Shown: positions 45,495 through 55,565, counted from the first letter of the stretch. The stretch is 64,000 nt of DNA from Polyangia bacterium (GCA_035607055.1 DATNDC010000129.1:8999-72998); one strand, 5' to 3'. The notes: generated from the sequence alone by a model not told the origin. Numbers and translations are program-made.

Positions 45495-46438
45495 GAGGTC
45501 GGCAGCTCGACGGTGACCGGCTGGCGGGCGATCGCCCGCAGCGAGAACGCCGCTACGAGCGCGGCGGCCGACGCGGGGCGTCCGGCCGGGAGCAGGCCCG
45601 CCGAGGCGGCCAGCTCGCCCAGCACGGCCTCCGGCGCGACGCCGCCGGCCCGGAGCGCGGCCAGCGTCGCCGGCCGGGTCCGCTTGGCCAGCCGCTCGCC
45701 CCCCGGCGCCAGCACCAGCGGCACGTGGGCGAAGACCGGCGGCGTCAGGTCGAGCGCCCGGTAGAGGGCGATCTGGCGGGGCGTCGAGCGCAGAAGATCG
45801 TCGCCGCGCACGACGCGCGTGACCGCCATCGCCGCGTCGTCGACGACCACCGCGAGCTGGTAGGCCGCCGTCCCGTCGGCGCGGCGGAGGACGAAGTCGT
45901 CGACGCCGCCCGCCTCGGCGGCGAGCGCGCCGTGGACCTCGTCGACGAAGTCGATCCGCTCGCCCCGCCCGGCGAACCGGACCGCGGGCGCCCTCCCCTG
46001 CGCCGCCGCGCGGGCCGCGACGGCCGCCGGGTCGGTGTCGCGGCAGGTCCCCGGATAGCGCGGCTCCTGCTCGTCGTGAGGCGCACTGGCGGCGCGGGCG
46101 ACGTCGGCCCGCGAGCAGGCGCAGAGGAACGCCCGCCCGGCTGCCAGCAGGCGCTCGATCGCGGCGTCGTAGGCGGCGGTTCGCTCGCTCTGCCGGTACG
46201 GGGCGTGAGGGCCGCCTCGGTCGGGACCTTCGTCCCAATCGAGCCCCAGCCAGTGGAGCTCGTCGAGTTGCTGGGCTTCCGCGCCCGGTTGCACACGCGC
46301 GCGGTCGAGGTCTTCGATCCGCATCAGGAAGGCGCCGCCGGCCGCTCGGGCGTCGAGCCAGGCGAAAAGCGCGGTCCGCGCGTTTCCGAGGTGGAGCTGG
46401 CCGGTGGGGCTGGGGGCGAAGCGGCCGCGAACGACCAT
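45491..46438 (-). CDS. gluQ: Glutamyl-Q tRNA(Asp) synthetase
   Basis: RFAPSPTGQLHLGNARTALFAWL (HIGH-type), IEDLD, and a KLAKR-type loop. At 315 aa it lacks an anticodon-binding domain, as expected for GluQRS. Confidence 0.88.
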   Translation of the reverse strand: MVVRGRFAPSPTGQLHLGNARTALFAWLDARAAGGAFLMRIEDLDRARVQPGAEAQQLDELHWLGLDWDEGPDRGGPHAPYRQSERTAAYDAAIERLLAAGRAFLCACSRADVARAASAPHDEQEPRYPGTCRDTDPAAVAARAAAQGRAPAVRFAGRGERIDFVDEVHGALAAEAGGVDDFVLRRADGTAAYQLAVVVDDAAMAVTRVVRGDDLLRSTPRQIALYRALDLTPPVFAHVPLVLAPGGERLAKRTRPATLAALRAGGVAPEAVLGELAASAGLLPAGRPASAAALVAAFSLRAIARQPVTVELPTS

Positions 46439-46454
46439 CAGCCGGCCTCCGCCA

Positions 46455-46991
46455 TCAGTAAACGATCAAGGACTCGACCTGCGCACCGGCCAGCCGCGCC
46501 CGTCCCTGGAGCAACGCCAGCTCGACCACGAACCCGGCGACGGCTACCTCGGCGCCGAGCTCCCGGGCCAGCTCGACCGTGGCCTGGGCCGTGCCGCCGG
46601 TGGCCAGGAGGTCATCGACGATCGCCACCCGGGCGCCGGCGACGACGGCGTCGGCGTGCATCTCCAGCGTGTCGGTGCCGTACTCGAGCGCGTAGCTCCG
46701 CCGCGCGATGCGAAACGGCAGCTTCCCCGGTTTGCGCACGGGCACGAACCCGATCCCCAGCGCCGCCGCCACCGGCGCGCCGAAGATGAAGCCGCGCGAC
46801 TCGACGGCCAGGATCACCTCCGGCCGGTGCGGCCCGAGCCGCTCGGCCAGCAGCTCCACGGTCTGGCGCAGCGCCGCGCCGTCGCCCATCAGCGGCGTCA
46901 GATCGCGGAACAGGATCCCCGGCTTGGGAAAGTCGGGGATGTCGCGAACGCGCGCGCGCAAGGGCGCGAGGCGCGGATCGTCGGAGCTCAT
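46455..46991 (-). CDS. apt: Adenine phosphoribosyltransferase
   Basis: Start set at ATG 46991. IPDFPKPGILFRDLTPL and the PRPP motif VAIVDDLLATGGTA. Confidence 0.93.
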   Translation of the reverse strand: MSSDDPRLAPLRARVRDIPDFPKPGILFRDLTPLMGDGAALRQTVELLAERLGPHRPEVILAVESRGFIFGAPVAAALGIGFVPVRKPGKLPFRIARRSYALEYGTDTLEMHADAVVAGARVAIVDDLLATGGTAQATVELARELGAEVAVAGFVVELALLQGRARLAGAQVESLIVY

Positions 46992-47707
46992 GGGCGGGCC
47001 GCCAGCGGGGGGAGGTAACTCATGGGGTCTTGTGGAATTTGGCCGCTTCGGACCTCGAAGTGCAAGTGGGGGCCGGTGGCGTGCCCGCTCTGCCCGACGA
47101 GCGCGATCCGCTCCCCCGCCCGCACGGGCTGCCCCTCGGAGACGAGCAGCAGCGAGTTGTGCGCGTAGGCGGTCAACAGGTCGCCCGCGTGCTTGATGAC
47201 GATCAGGTTGCCGTAGCCGCGGATCCCGTTCCCCGCGTAGACCACCTTGCCGTCGGCGGCGGCGAAAACGGGCGTCCCCACCGGCGCCGGCAGGTCGATC
47301 CCCTCGTGGGGCTTTCCCCAGCGGCCGCCGAACGGCGAGCCGATCACCACCTTGACCGTGGTGAGCGGCCATTGCAGCGCCGGGCGCGGCGCGTTCGGAT
47401 CCCACGCCGCCGCCGCGGACGAGGCCGGCGCCGGCCCGGGAGGCGCCAGGACGAAGATGAGCGCGCCCGGCTTCACCTGCTCGTCGCGTTCGATCCCGTT
47501 CAGCTCGCGCAGGTCCTCGACGGGGACGCCGGCGGCCTTGGCAACCCCCTCGAGCGTCTCGCCGGGCGCGACCACGGTCCAGTGCCCGGGTGGCGTCTCC
47601 GGATGCATGGGCGGCCGCCCGCCGTGGCAAGCGCCCGCCGTGGCCGCGGCGGCCGCGGCGGCGAGCGCGAGCGCCGCCCGGAAGCTAGGCGGCCGGCGCG
47701 CCCCCAC
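46988..47707 (-). CDS. LysM-domain M23 family metallopeptidase lipoprotein (NlpD-like)
   Basis: Lipobox ATAGAC. LysM segment WTVVAPGETLEGVAKAAGVPVEDLRELNG. M23 motifs HEGIDLPAPVGTPV and GHATGPHLHFEV. Confidence 0.88.
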   Translation of the reverse strand: MGARRPPSFRAALALAAAAAAATAGACHGGRPPMHPETPPGHWTVVAPGETLEGVAKAAGVPVEDLRELNGIERDEQVKPGALIFVLAPPGPAPASSAAAAWDPNAPRPALQWPLTTVKVVIGSPFGGRWGKPHEGIDLPAPVGTPVFAAADGKVVYAGNGIRGYGNLIVIKHAGDLLTAYAHNSLLLVSEGQPVRAGERIALVGQSGHATGPHLHFEVRSGQIPQDPMSYLPPLAARP

Positions 47708-48386
47708 CGACTCCGAACCGGCCGAGGAGATCGACGTACCGGCAGCGCGTGTCGTACGAGGTCGAAAATTCGTCGCCGTTCCGGCGGACCAGCGCCAGCG
47801 TCTGCTCCTCGGGCGGGCCGAGCGGGATCACCAGCCGGCCACCGTCGGCCAGCTCCTCGGCGAGCAGCGGCGGGACACGCGGCGCCCCCGCCGAGACGAT
47901 GATGACGTCATAGGGGGCGTGCGCGGGCCAGCCACCGCTGCCGTCGAACGACTCGAGCGTCACGTTGGCGGCGCCGATGTCGGCCAGGACCTGGCGCGCA
48001 TGCCCGGCCAGCGCGGGCACGATCTCGACGGCGAACACCGCGGCGCAGAGCCGCGCCAGCACCGCCGCCTGATAGCCGGACCCTGCGCCGACCTCGAGCG
48101 CCCGGTCGGCCGGCTGCACCTCGGCGAGCTCCGTGGCACGCGCCACCATGTACGGCTGGGAGATGGTCTGCCCGTGGCCGATCGACAGCGGCCGGTCGTC
48201 GTACGCCATCTCCGCCAGACTGGGTTCCACGAACCGGTGGCGCGGGACCAGCCCCATCGCCCCCAGGACGCGCGGATCGCGGATCCCCCGGTGGACGAGC
48301 TGGTCGATCACCATCGCGCGCCGCGCTTCGGCGAACGCCTCGTCCTCCTCGTCGTCGCGGTCCGATCCCCCCCGCCTCTCATCCAT
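47685..48386 (-). CDS. pcm: Protein-L-isoaspartate O-methyltransferase
   Basis: GQTISQPYMVA and the SAM motif ALEVGAGSGYQAAVLA. Confidence 0.93.
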   Translation of the reverse strand: MDERRGGSDRDDEEDEAFAEARRAMVIDQLVHRGIRDPRVLGAMGLVPRHRFVEPSLAEMAYDDRPLSIGHGQTISQPYMVARATELAEVQPADRALEVGAGSGYQAAVLARLCAAVFAVEIVPALAGHARQVLADIGAANVTLESFDGSGGWPAHAPYDVIIVSAGAPRVPPLLAEELADGGRLVIPLGPPEEQTLALVRRNGDEFSTSYDTRCRYVDLLGRFGVGGGAPAA

Positions 48387-48392
48387 CGCCCG

Positions 48393-49190
48393 CTAACCTT
48401 TAGCGCGTTCGATCGCCGCTTGCACGAATTTCCCCACCTCCCAGGACCCGAGCTCGCCGATGAGCCCGGCGTGCGTGAGGTCGAGCCCGAGCGGCGTCAC
48501 CGAGGCGAGCCCGTCGCGCACGGCGCTGAGGTCCGACCCCGGTAGATCCGTAGCGTTCTCCTCGGGCCCGCCGATCCAGTAATACGCGCGCCCCCGCAGG
48601 TCCTGCCGCACCTCGACCTGGTCGCGATACACGCGGCGGCCGAGGAAGGTCACCCGGTAGCCGTCGATGGACCCCGACGGCATGTTCACGCTGAGGAGCG
48701 TCGCGTCCGGCAGCGCTTTGTCTCCGCGGCGGACGATCTCCGCCGCCAGCGCCGCGCCGAACCGGGCCGCGTGCGAGAAGTCCTGCGGCCGCCGCCGCTC
48801 GAGCGAGAGCGCCAACCCCGGCACGCCGCGCAGGGCACCCTCGACCGCGCCGGCGACTGTCCCCGAGTAGAAGACGTCAGATCCGAGGTTGAACCCGTTG
48901 TTGATCCCCGAGACCACCAGCGCCGGCCGCCGCGGGACGAGGTGCATGAGCGCCAGGTAGACGCAGTCGACCGGCGTCCCATCGATGGAGTAGACGTTCT
49001 TCTCCAGCTCGTCGACCCGCAGCGGGTGGTCGAGCGAGATCGAATGCGAGGCCGCGCTCCGCTCCCGGTCGGGCGCCGCCACCATCACCTCGCCGATCTC
49101 CGAGAGGACCTCGCGCGCCGCCGCGATCCCGGGCGCCCGCACGCCGTCGTCGTTGGTCAGAAGGATCAGCGGTCGAGGAGCTTCGGTCAT
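48393..49190 (-). CDS. surE: 5'/3'-nucleotidase SurE
   Basis: Start set at ATG 49190, giving MTEAPRPLILLTNDDGVRAPGI. GINNGFNLG motif. Confidence 0.92.
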   Translation of the reverse strand: MTEAPRPLILLTNDDGVRAPGIAAAREVLSEIGEVMVAAPDRERSAASHSISLDHPLRVDELEKNVYSIDGTPVDCVYLALMHLVPRRPALVVSGINNGFNLGSDVFYSGTVAGAVEGALRGVPGLALSLERRRPQDFSHAARFGAALAAEIVRRGDKALPDATLLSVNMPSGSIDGYRVTFLGRRVYRDQVEVRQDLRGRAYYWIGGPEENATDLPGSDLSAVRDGLASVTPLGLDLTHAGLIGELGSWEVGKFVQAAIERAKG

Positions 49191-49349
49191 TCGGGCGGAG
49201 CGAGAGTGGAGACTAGTGCGAGGCCTGGTCGCCGTCCAGGGCCTCTCGCCCTTCTCTTTCAGCGGACGAGAAAGAGGACCTCGACCAGGAACCAGAGACC
49301 GCCCCGCGAAATTGACGGGCGCCCTCCCCTCGCTGGACACTGACCGCCC

Positions 49350-49586
49350 ATGGCCAAGAAAAAGGCAGCGCGCCCGTCGACCGGCCGCGAGCTCCAAGGT
49401 CGCAGCACCCTCGTGAAGTTCGAGCGAGAGGAGTACGAGCTCATCGAGCGCGCCATCGCGATCCAGACGGCCGGTGTGATCGGGGGGAAGGCGGTCACGG
49501 TCGCCGCTTTCGCGCGACACGCTTCGCTCGGTGTCGCGCAGCGGATCTTGGACGACGCGGAGGCCGAGCAGCAGGCGAAGAACTAG
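49350..49586 (+). CDS. Small hypothetical protein, possibly ribbon-helix-helix / DUF1778-like (78 aa)
   Basis: Basic N-terminus (MAKKKAARPSTGR). STLVKFEREEYELIERAIAIQ resembles the beta-strand plus helix of RHH antitoxin-like proteins. G/C-rich third positions. No toxin partner is visible. Confidence 0.45.
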   Translation: MAKKKAARPSTGRELQGRSTLVKFEREEYELIERAIAIQTAGVIGGKAVTVAAFARHASLGVAQRILDDAEAEQQAKN

Positions 49587-49654
49587 CGGCTGCGGTCGCC
49601 GGCCACTGCGCCAGGGACGCGCTCGATCTGCCCGCGAATCCCAGGCTTCTTGTA

Positions 49655-49730
<76 letters not shown>

Positions 49731-49748
49731 CGACTCGTGATTCAGTTT

Positions 49749-50141
49749 TTAGTCAGGTTCTTGCGCGCAGATACGTATCAGATCTTGAAGCCCTTGCTTG
49801 ATCTTTCGTAGGGCCTCGGGGGCGATTGTGGCGGCGGCCGCGGGCTGCGCGGGGACGGGGCCCTCGTCATGGCCCTGGTCGCGCAGGCGGGTGCGCGCCC
49901 CCTCGATCGTGTAGCGCTTGTCGTAGAGCAGGTGGCGGATCTTGAGGAGGTGCTCGACGTCGCGCCGCTTGTAGAGACGCTGCTGCGAGCGGGTCTTCTG
50001 GAGCTTCAGCGACTTGAACTCGGTCTCCCAGTAGCGCAGCACGTAGGGTTTCACGCCCACCAGGCGCGCCACCTCGCCGATCTTGAAGTAGGGCTTGTCC
50101 GGGATCCCTGAGCCGTCGGTCTGGGTCGCGCGGCGGGGCAA
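49749..50141 (-). CDS. MerR family transcriptional regulator
   Basis: YFKIGEVARLVGVKPYVLRYWETEF (MerR helix-turn-helix), followed by a coiled-coil region. Confidence 0.85.
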   Translation of the reverse strand: MPRRATQTDGSGIPDKPYFKIGEVARLVGVKPYVLRYWETEFKSLKLQKTRSQQRLYKRRDVEHLLKIRHLLYDKRYTIEGARTRLRDQGHDEGPVPAQPAAAATIAPEALRKIKQGLQDLIRICAQEPD

Positions 50142-50161
50142 GAATGACCTGGGCGGCTGGC

Positions 50162-50440
50162 TCAGTCGTTGAGGACGTTCTTGAGGACCTGGCTCGGCTT
50201 GAAGGTCAGCACGCGGCGCGCGCTGATGGTGATCTCCTGGCCGGTCTGGGGATTGCGCCCGGCGCGCGCGTTCTTGTCGCGCACCACGAAGTTCCCGAAC
50301 CCGGAGATCTTGATCTTCTCCCCGCGCTCGAGCGTCTCCTTGATCGTGTCGAACACCGTCTCGACGATCTCGGCGGCCTCTTTCTTGGAGAAGCCACCCA
50401 CCTTCTCGTAGACGTTCTCAACAATGTCCGCCTTCGTCAT
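50162..50440 (-). CDS. ihfA: Integration host factor alpha subunit (HU/IHF family)
   Basis: GFGNFVVRDKNARAGRNPQTGQEITISARRVLTFKPS is the beta-arm signature. Its position downstream of pheST is typical for ihfA. Confidence 0.88.
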   Translation of the reverse strand: MTKADIVENVYEKVGGFSKKEAAEIVETVFDTIKETLERGEKIKISGFGNFVVRDKNARAGRNPQTGQEITISARRVLTFKPSQVLKNVLND

Positions 50441-50499
50441 GACCTGTCTTCTATATCACTGAACCGGGAGGGCTGAAAGCGGCCCCCCCCGGAGGACGC

Positions 50500-52938
50500 C
50501 TACCGCAGGACGACCGAGGGCGCGGCCTGCAGCGCCGAGACGATCTTGGCGTGGGCCGTGTCGACTTCGGCGTCCGTCAGGGTCCGATCGTCGGCCCGGT
50601 AGACCAACGTCCAGAGCATCCCTTTCTTGCCGGCCGGCGCGTAGCGCGGATCGCGGTAGTCCTCGAGGACCCGCAGCTCGCGCAGGAGCGGCTCGGCCGA
50701 CGCGCCGAGGAGCGCCCGTTGCTCGGCCGCCGTCACCCGCTCATCGATCCAGAAGGAGACGTCGCGCGACGAGGCGGGGAAGCGCGGCGGGGCGACGCTG
50801 CGGACGGCGTGCCGCTCGCCCGCCACCGCCGAAAGCGCGACCTCGAGGTAGAAGGCCGGCGCCTCGAGCCCCAGCGTGTGGCGGAGCCGAGGGTGGATCT
50901 CGCCGATCTGTCCGATGGTGTGGCCGCTCGGATGGCCCTCGCCGCCGCCCGCCCGGATCTCGGCGGAGACGCCCGGGTGCAGGAGCGCCGACGGCTTCGC
51001 GGTCGTCTTCGCCTGGGTCGCCGGAACGTAGACCGGCGCCTCGACGCCCAGCGCACGGAGGAGCTCGCGGGCGATCTCCTTGACGTCGAAGAAGTCGTAC
51101 GGGTCGTCCGGCTTGAGCCAGCCGGCGCGCCGCCCGACCAGAATGGCGGCGGCCGACATCGACTCGTGCGGCGCCTCCTTGGGATCGGCGGCGCGGCGGA
51201 CGATGGGGCCGACCTCGTAGAGGCCGACGTCGGGGACGCTGCGGGCGACGTTGCGGCGGGCGGCGTCGACGAGGCCCGGCAGCAGTGAGGTGCGCATCAC
51301 CTCGTAGTCGGCGGAGATGGGGTTCTTGAGCGCGATCCCGTCGGCGAGCGGCTGGCCCAGCGCCGCCAGCCAGGGGCGCGGGACGAACCCCCAGCTGACG
51401 ATCTCCGAGAGGCCCAGGGCCGCCAGCGCGTCGCGCGCCCGGTCGGCCAGCGCCTCGGGGCTGGGGGCCGGCGTCCCCCCGCCGCGCGGCAGCCGCGCCG
51501 GCGCGCGCTCGTACCCGACGAGGCGCATGACCTCCTCGACCAGATCTTCTTCGATGGTGACGTCCGGACGGAAGGTGGGGACCGTGGCGGCGATCTTGTC
51601 GGCGCCGTCGGGCGTGCTGCGGATGCCGATCGCCGCCAGCTTCTCCGCGGCCTGCGCGAGCGGGATCTCGAAGCCGGCCAGCCGGGTGAGGCCGCTCGCC
51701 GACAGCGTCACCCGGTGGGGGTGCACCTGCTGCGGGTAGCGATCGATCCCCTCGCCCGCCAGCGCCCCGCCGCCGAGCCGCGCCAGCATCGCGGCCGCGC
51801 GCCGGCTGGCGTGCGGGATCCCTTCGGCGTCGACGCCGCGTTCGAACCGGTGCGAGGCCTCGCTGTGCAGGCCGAGGCGCTTGGCGGTGCGGCGCACGGC
51901 GCGCGGATCGAACGTCGCCGCCTCGAGCAGCACCGCGCTCGTTGACGACGACACCTCGCTCTCGGCGCCGCCCATCACCCCCGCGAGCGCGATCGCGCCG
52001 TGTCCGTCGGCGATGACGACGTCCCCCTCCTGCAGCGGGCGCTCGACTCCGTCGAGCGTCTTCATCTTCTCGCCGCGGGTGGCGCGGCGGGCCTGCACGA
52101 TCCCGCCGCGCAGCCGGTCGAGGTCGAAGGCGTGCAGCGGGTGGCCCGTCTCCAGCATCACGTAGTTGGTGACGTCGACCAGGTTGGAGATGGCGCGGAC
52201 GCCGCAGGCGGCCAGGCGCACGCGCATCGGCAGCGGGCTCGGTCCGACCCGCAGGCCGGTCACGATGCGGGCCGCGTAGCGCGGGCAGGCCGCGGGATCG
52301 CGGATCTCCACGTCGACCCCCCGCCCCTGCGGCAGCGGGATCGTCGCCACCTCGTCGGGCGCGGGGAGCCTGAAGGTGGTCTCGAACAGCGCCGCCACCT
52401 CGCGCGCGATCCCCGCGTGCGAGAGCGCGTCGGGGCGATTGGGGGTGACGTTCACCTCCAGGACCTCGTCGAGCAGGCCGATCTGGCGCGCCAGATCGCC
52501 CCCCACCAGCATCGCCGGCGACAGGATCAAGATTCCGTCACCTTCCTCCCCGAGCCCGAGCTCCACCTCGCTGCAGATCATCCCGGGCGACATCACCCCG
52601 CGGATCTCGCGCCGGTCGAGCTTCTTGCCGCCGGGAAGCGTCGCGCCCGGCTGCGCCCAGGCGACCTTGCCGCCCGGCGCCGGCACGTTGGGCGCGCCGC
52701 AGACGATCTCTTCTTCGGCGTCGCCGGCGGCGAGGCGCACGAGGGAGAGCGTGTCGGCGCCCGGGTGGGGCCGCTTCCCCCGCACCTCGGCCACGACCAC
52801 CCCGGTCAGATCGCGGCCGCGCCTTTCGATGGCCTCGACCTCCAGCCCGGCCAGCGACAGCTTCTCGGCCACGCTGTCGCAGGTGACCCCCGGCTTGAGG
52901 TCGCAGAGCTCGCGCAGCCAGTTGAAGGAGATCTTCAC
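50500..52938 (-). CDS. pheT: Phenylalanine--tRNA ligase beta subunit
   Basis: MKISFNWLRE N-terminus with a tRNA-binding domain, B3/4 and B5 regions, and an FDX-ACB C-terminus. Length 812 aa. Confidence 0.96.
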   Translation of the reverse strand: MKISFNWLRELCDLKPGVTCDSVAEKLSLAGLEVEAIERRGRDLTGVVVAEVRGKRPHPGADTLSLVRLAAGDAEEEIVCGAPNVPAPGGKVAWAQPGATLPGGKKLDRREIRGVMSPGMICSEVELGLGEEGDGILILSPAMLVGGDLARQIGLLDEVLEVNVTPNRPDALSHAGIAREVAALFETTFRLPAPDEVATIPLPQGRGVDVEIRDPAACPRYAARIVTGLRVGPSPLPMRVRLAACGVRAISNLVDVTNYVMLETGHPLHAFDLDRLRGGIVQARRATRGEKMKTLDGVERPLQEGDVVIADGHGAIALAGVMGGAESEVSSSTSAVLLEAATFDPRAVRRTAKRLGLHSEASHRFERGVDAEGIPHASRRAAAMLARLGGGALAGEGIDRYPQQVHPHRVTLSASGLTRLAGFEIPLAQAAEKLAAIGIRSTPDGADKIAATVPTFRPDVTIEEDLVEEVMRLVGYERAPARLPRGGGTPAPSPEALADRARDALAALGLSEIVSWGFVPRPWLAALGQPLADGIALKNPISADYEVMRTSLLPGLVDAARRNVARSVPDVGLYEVGPIVRRAADPKEAPHESMSAAAILVGRRAGWLKPDDPYDFFDVKEIARELLRALGVEAPVYVPATQAKTTAKPSALLHPGVSAEIRAGGGEGHPSGHTIGQIGEIHPRLRHTLGLEAPAFYLEVALSAVAGERHAVRSVAPPRFPASSRDVSFWIDERVTAAEQRALLGASAEPLLRELRVLEDYRDPRYAPAGKKGMLWTLVYRADDRTLTDAEVDTAHAKIVSALQAAPSVVLR

Positions 52939-52963
52939 GATTCGTTCCGATCTTCAGGCCGCA

Positions 52964-54013
52964 TCACCGGAATTGCGCCAGGAAACGGACGTCGTGCTCG
53001 TAGAACGAGCGCAGGTCGTCGACGCCGTACTTGAGCATCGCCATGCGCGACAGCCCGACGCCGAAGGCGAAACCCGAGATCTCCTGCGGGTCGTAGCCGA
53101 CGGCGCGGAAGACGTTGGGGTGGACCATCCCGGCGCCCCCGATCTCGATCCAACCGGAGCCCTTGCAGAGACGGCAGGCCTTGGGGCCGACCTTGCGGCC
53201 GCCCTCGCAGAGGTAGCAGGCGGCGTCGACCTCGGCCGACGGCTCGGTGAACGGGAAGTAGCTCGGCCGCAGCCGCACGTCGAGGCCCGGTCCGAAGAAG
53301 CGGTGGACGAAGTGGAGCAGCGTCCCCTTGAGCTCGGCGAACGAGACCCCCTTGTCGACCAGCAGCCCCTCCATCTGGGGGAACATCGGCGTGTGGGTGG
53401 CGTCGTCGTCGCGGCGGAAGACGTTCCCCGGCGCCACGATCCGCACCGGGGGCGGCCCCGCCAGCATGGTCCGGATCTGCACCGGCGAGGTGTGCGAGCG
53501 CAGGATCCGGCCCCCTTCCACGAAGAAGGTATCCTGCATGTCACGCGCGGGGTGGTCGGGCGGCGTGTTGAGCGCGTCGAAGTTGTTCCACTCCGTCTCG
53601 ATCCAGGGGCCGGTGCGGACCTCGAACCCGAGGCCGAGGAAGATCTCCTCGATCTCGCGCCGCACGAGCGTCAGCGGATGCAGCGTCCCGAGCGCGCGCC
53701 CGCGAGCCGGCAACGTCACGTCGACCGCGCGCGCGAGATCGGCCGCCAGGTCGGCCTCGTCGAGCGCCGCCAGGCGTGCCGCCACGGCGTCCTCGATCCC
53801 CGACTTGGCCCGGTTGGCGGCCTCGCCCACCGCCGGCCGCTCCGGAGCCGGCAGCTTGCCGAGGGCCTTCATGAGGCCCGAGACCTTCCCCTGTTTGCCG
53901 AGGTAGCGCGCCTGCGCGAGCCGGATCTCCTGCTCGGTGGCGAGCGCGCCAATCTCGGCGGCGAACTCCGCTGCCAGGCGGTCGAGCTCCGCGATCAGCT
54001 CCGAACCAGACAT
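52964..54013 (-). CDS. pheS: Phenylalanine--tRNA ligase alpha subunit
   Basis: Class II motifs: HPARDMQDTFF, FRRDDDATHTPMFPQMEGL, GAGMVHPNV. Confidence 0.96.
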   Translation of the reverse strand: MSGSELIAELDRLAAEFAAEIGALATEQEIRLAQARYLGKQGKVSGLMKALGKLPAPERPAVGEAANRAKSGIEDAVAARLAALDEADLAADLARAVDVTLPARGRALGTLHPLTLVRREIEEIFLGLGFEVRTGPWIETEWNNFDALNTPPDHPARDMQDTFFVEGGRILRSHTSPVQIRTMLAGPPPVRIVAPGNVFRRDDDATHTPMFPQMEGLLVDKGVSFAELKGTLLHFVHRFFGPGLDVRLRPSYFPFTEPSAEVDAACYLCEGGRKVGPKACRLCKGSGWIEIGGAGMVHPNVFRAVGYDPQEISGFAFGVGLSRMAMLKYGVDDLRSFYEHDVRFLAQFR

Positions 54014-54083
54014 GGCCTCCGCGAGGGTCCTCGGTCTTGGGGTGACCTTGGCGGCGCGGCTTCCGGCTTGGCCGGGCGCGCGG

Positions 54084-54437
54084 CTAGGCCGCGGCCCGCG
54101 CCGTCTCGACGACCTTCTTGAAGGCGGCCGGATCGCTGATCGCCAGGTCCGAGAGGATCTTCCGATCGAGGGCGATGTTGGACTTGTCGAGCGCGGCGAT
54201 CAGCTTGGAGTACGAAACCCCCAGCTCGCGCGCGGCGGCGTTGATGCGAATGATCCAGAGACCGCGGAAGTCCGGCTTGCGCTTGCGCCGGTGGAACCAG
54301 GCGTAGCGCCACTTGCGGTGTACCGCCTCGACGGCGGCCTTCCAGAGCTTGGACCGCCCGCCCCGGAAGCCCTTGGCGGCCTTCCGGATCTTGTTGCGGC
54401 GGTGACGGGACTTGTATCCACCTTTTGCGCGGGGCAT
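54084..54437 (-). CDS. rplT: 50S ribosomal protein L20
   Basis: MPRAKGGYKSRHRRNKIRKAAKGFRGGRSKL. Confidence 0.97.
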   Translation of the reverse strand: MPRAKGGYKSRHRRNKIRKAAKGFRGGRSKLWKAAVEAVHRKWRYAWFHRRKRKPDFRGLWIIRINAAARELGVSYSKLIAALDKSNIALDRKILSDLAISDPAAFKKVVETARAAA

Positions 54438-54449
54438 GGCCGTCGTTCC

Positions 54450-54653
54450 TTATGCGTACGGGAGCATGGCTTTCACCTGATGCTCCTGGGTCTTGCTGAT
54501 GTAACCGCCGCGGCGAAGCCGGCGCTTCACGCTGGAGGTCTTGTGGGAGAGGTTGTGGCGCAAGTAGGCCTTCTTCCGCTTGACGCGCCCATTGGCGGTC
54601 AGCTTGAAGCGCTTCTTCGCGCTGCTATTCGACTTCATCTTGATCTTCGGCAT
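54450..54653 (-). CDS. rpmI: 50S ribosomal protein L35
   Basis: MPKIKMKSNSSAKKRFKLTANGRVKRKKAYLRH. Confidence 0.95.
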   Translation of the reverse strand: MPKIKMKSNSSAKKRFKLTANGRVKRKKAYLRHNLSHKTSSVKRRLRRGGYISKTQEHQVKAMLPYA

Positions 54654-54710
54654 GGCTCGAGAGCGCGGAAGTATATCGATCTCGGCCTTTGGGGCAAGAG
54701 AATTGGCGGG

Positions 54711-55565
54711 TTACGGGGTCCAGCCCACGAAGAGGCTCAACATTCCTTGCGTCGGGTCATTCCCGGCGACCTGGCCCTCGGCCAGGAAAGCCAGCCATAA
54801 GCCGTGGCGGAGCGCGGCGCGCAGGCCGGCGCGGGGCGCGACCGCCACCAGCGCGGCAGCCGGCGCCACCGTGGCGCGGAGGCCGGCGCCGGCGAACAGC
54901 GCGAACGACGGCTTGGGCGAGAACCAGACCTCGCCCAGCACGGCCGGCACGAGGCCGCCGCGCGCCACGCCGCCGGTCACCTCGAGCGGTCCCGCCAGCG
55001 AAAGACCGCCGTCCGCCGCCCAGCGTCGCCCGAGCAACATCCGCGCTGCCCCGCCCAGCTCGAGCCCGGTCTCGATCCCGCTCTGCCGGGCCGTATCGAT
55101 GGGGAGGAGCGCTCGGGCGTAGCCGGCGATGGACGCGCGGCCGGTGACGTGAAGGACGAGGTGGTAGCCGACGGTCGCCGGGCCGAACGACGTTCCGGTG
55201 CCGGCCAGCCCCCCGTCGTTGAAGTAGCGATAGGTGACGAGGTCGGCCGCGATCGAGACCCAGCTGCGCGGGCCGAGCCGCCGGCGCGCCCGTGCCCGGC
55301 CGTTGGCCACGATGTCGCCCGAGAAATCGGGCGCCCCGCTGTGAACGGCCAGCTCGCCCTCGAGACGCAAGGAGAGGTCCGAGCCCGGACAGGCCTCCGG
55401 AACGGCGCCGAAGTCGGCCGGCTGCTCGGCCTGGGTGCCGCCGGCGAGCGGTCCGGCCGCCGCTTCGTAGCGACCCGGGCAAGCGTCGCCCAGCTCGGCG
55501 CGCGCCGCGGGCGCGGCGAGCAGCAGCAGGCAAGCGACGGCGAATGCGGCGCGCCCGCCGATCAC
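54711..55565 (-). CDS. Secreted hypothetical protein, possible small outer-membrane beta-barrel
   Basis: GTG start overlaps the upstream stop (GTGA). Signal peptide AFAVACLLLLAAPAARA. Alternating hydrophobic/Gly-rich strands throughout and an aromatic-rich C-terminus (LSLFVGWTP). Confidence 0.5.
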   Translation of the reverse strand: MIGGRAAFAVACLLLLAAPAARAELGDACPGRYEAAAGPLAGGTQAEQPADFGAVPEACPGSDLSLRLEGELAVHSGAPDFSGDIVANGRARARRRLGPRSWVSIAADLVTYRYFNDGGLAGTGTSFGPATVGYHLVLHVTGRASIAGYARALLPIDTARQSGIETGLELGGAARMLLGRRWAADGGLSLAGPLEVTGGVARGGLVPAVLGEVWFSPKPSFALFAGAGLRATVAPAAALVAVAPRAGLRAALRHGLWLAFLAEGQVAGNDPTQGMLSLFVGWTP

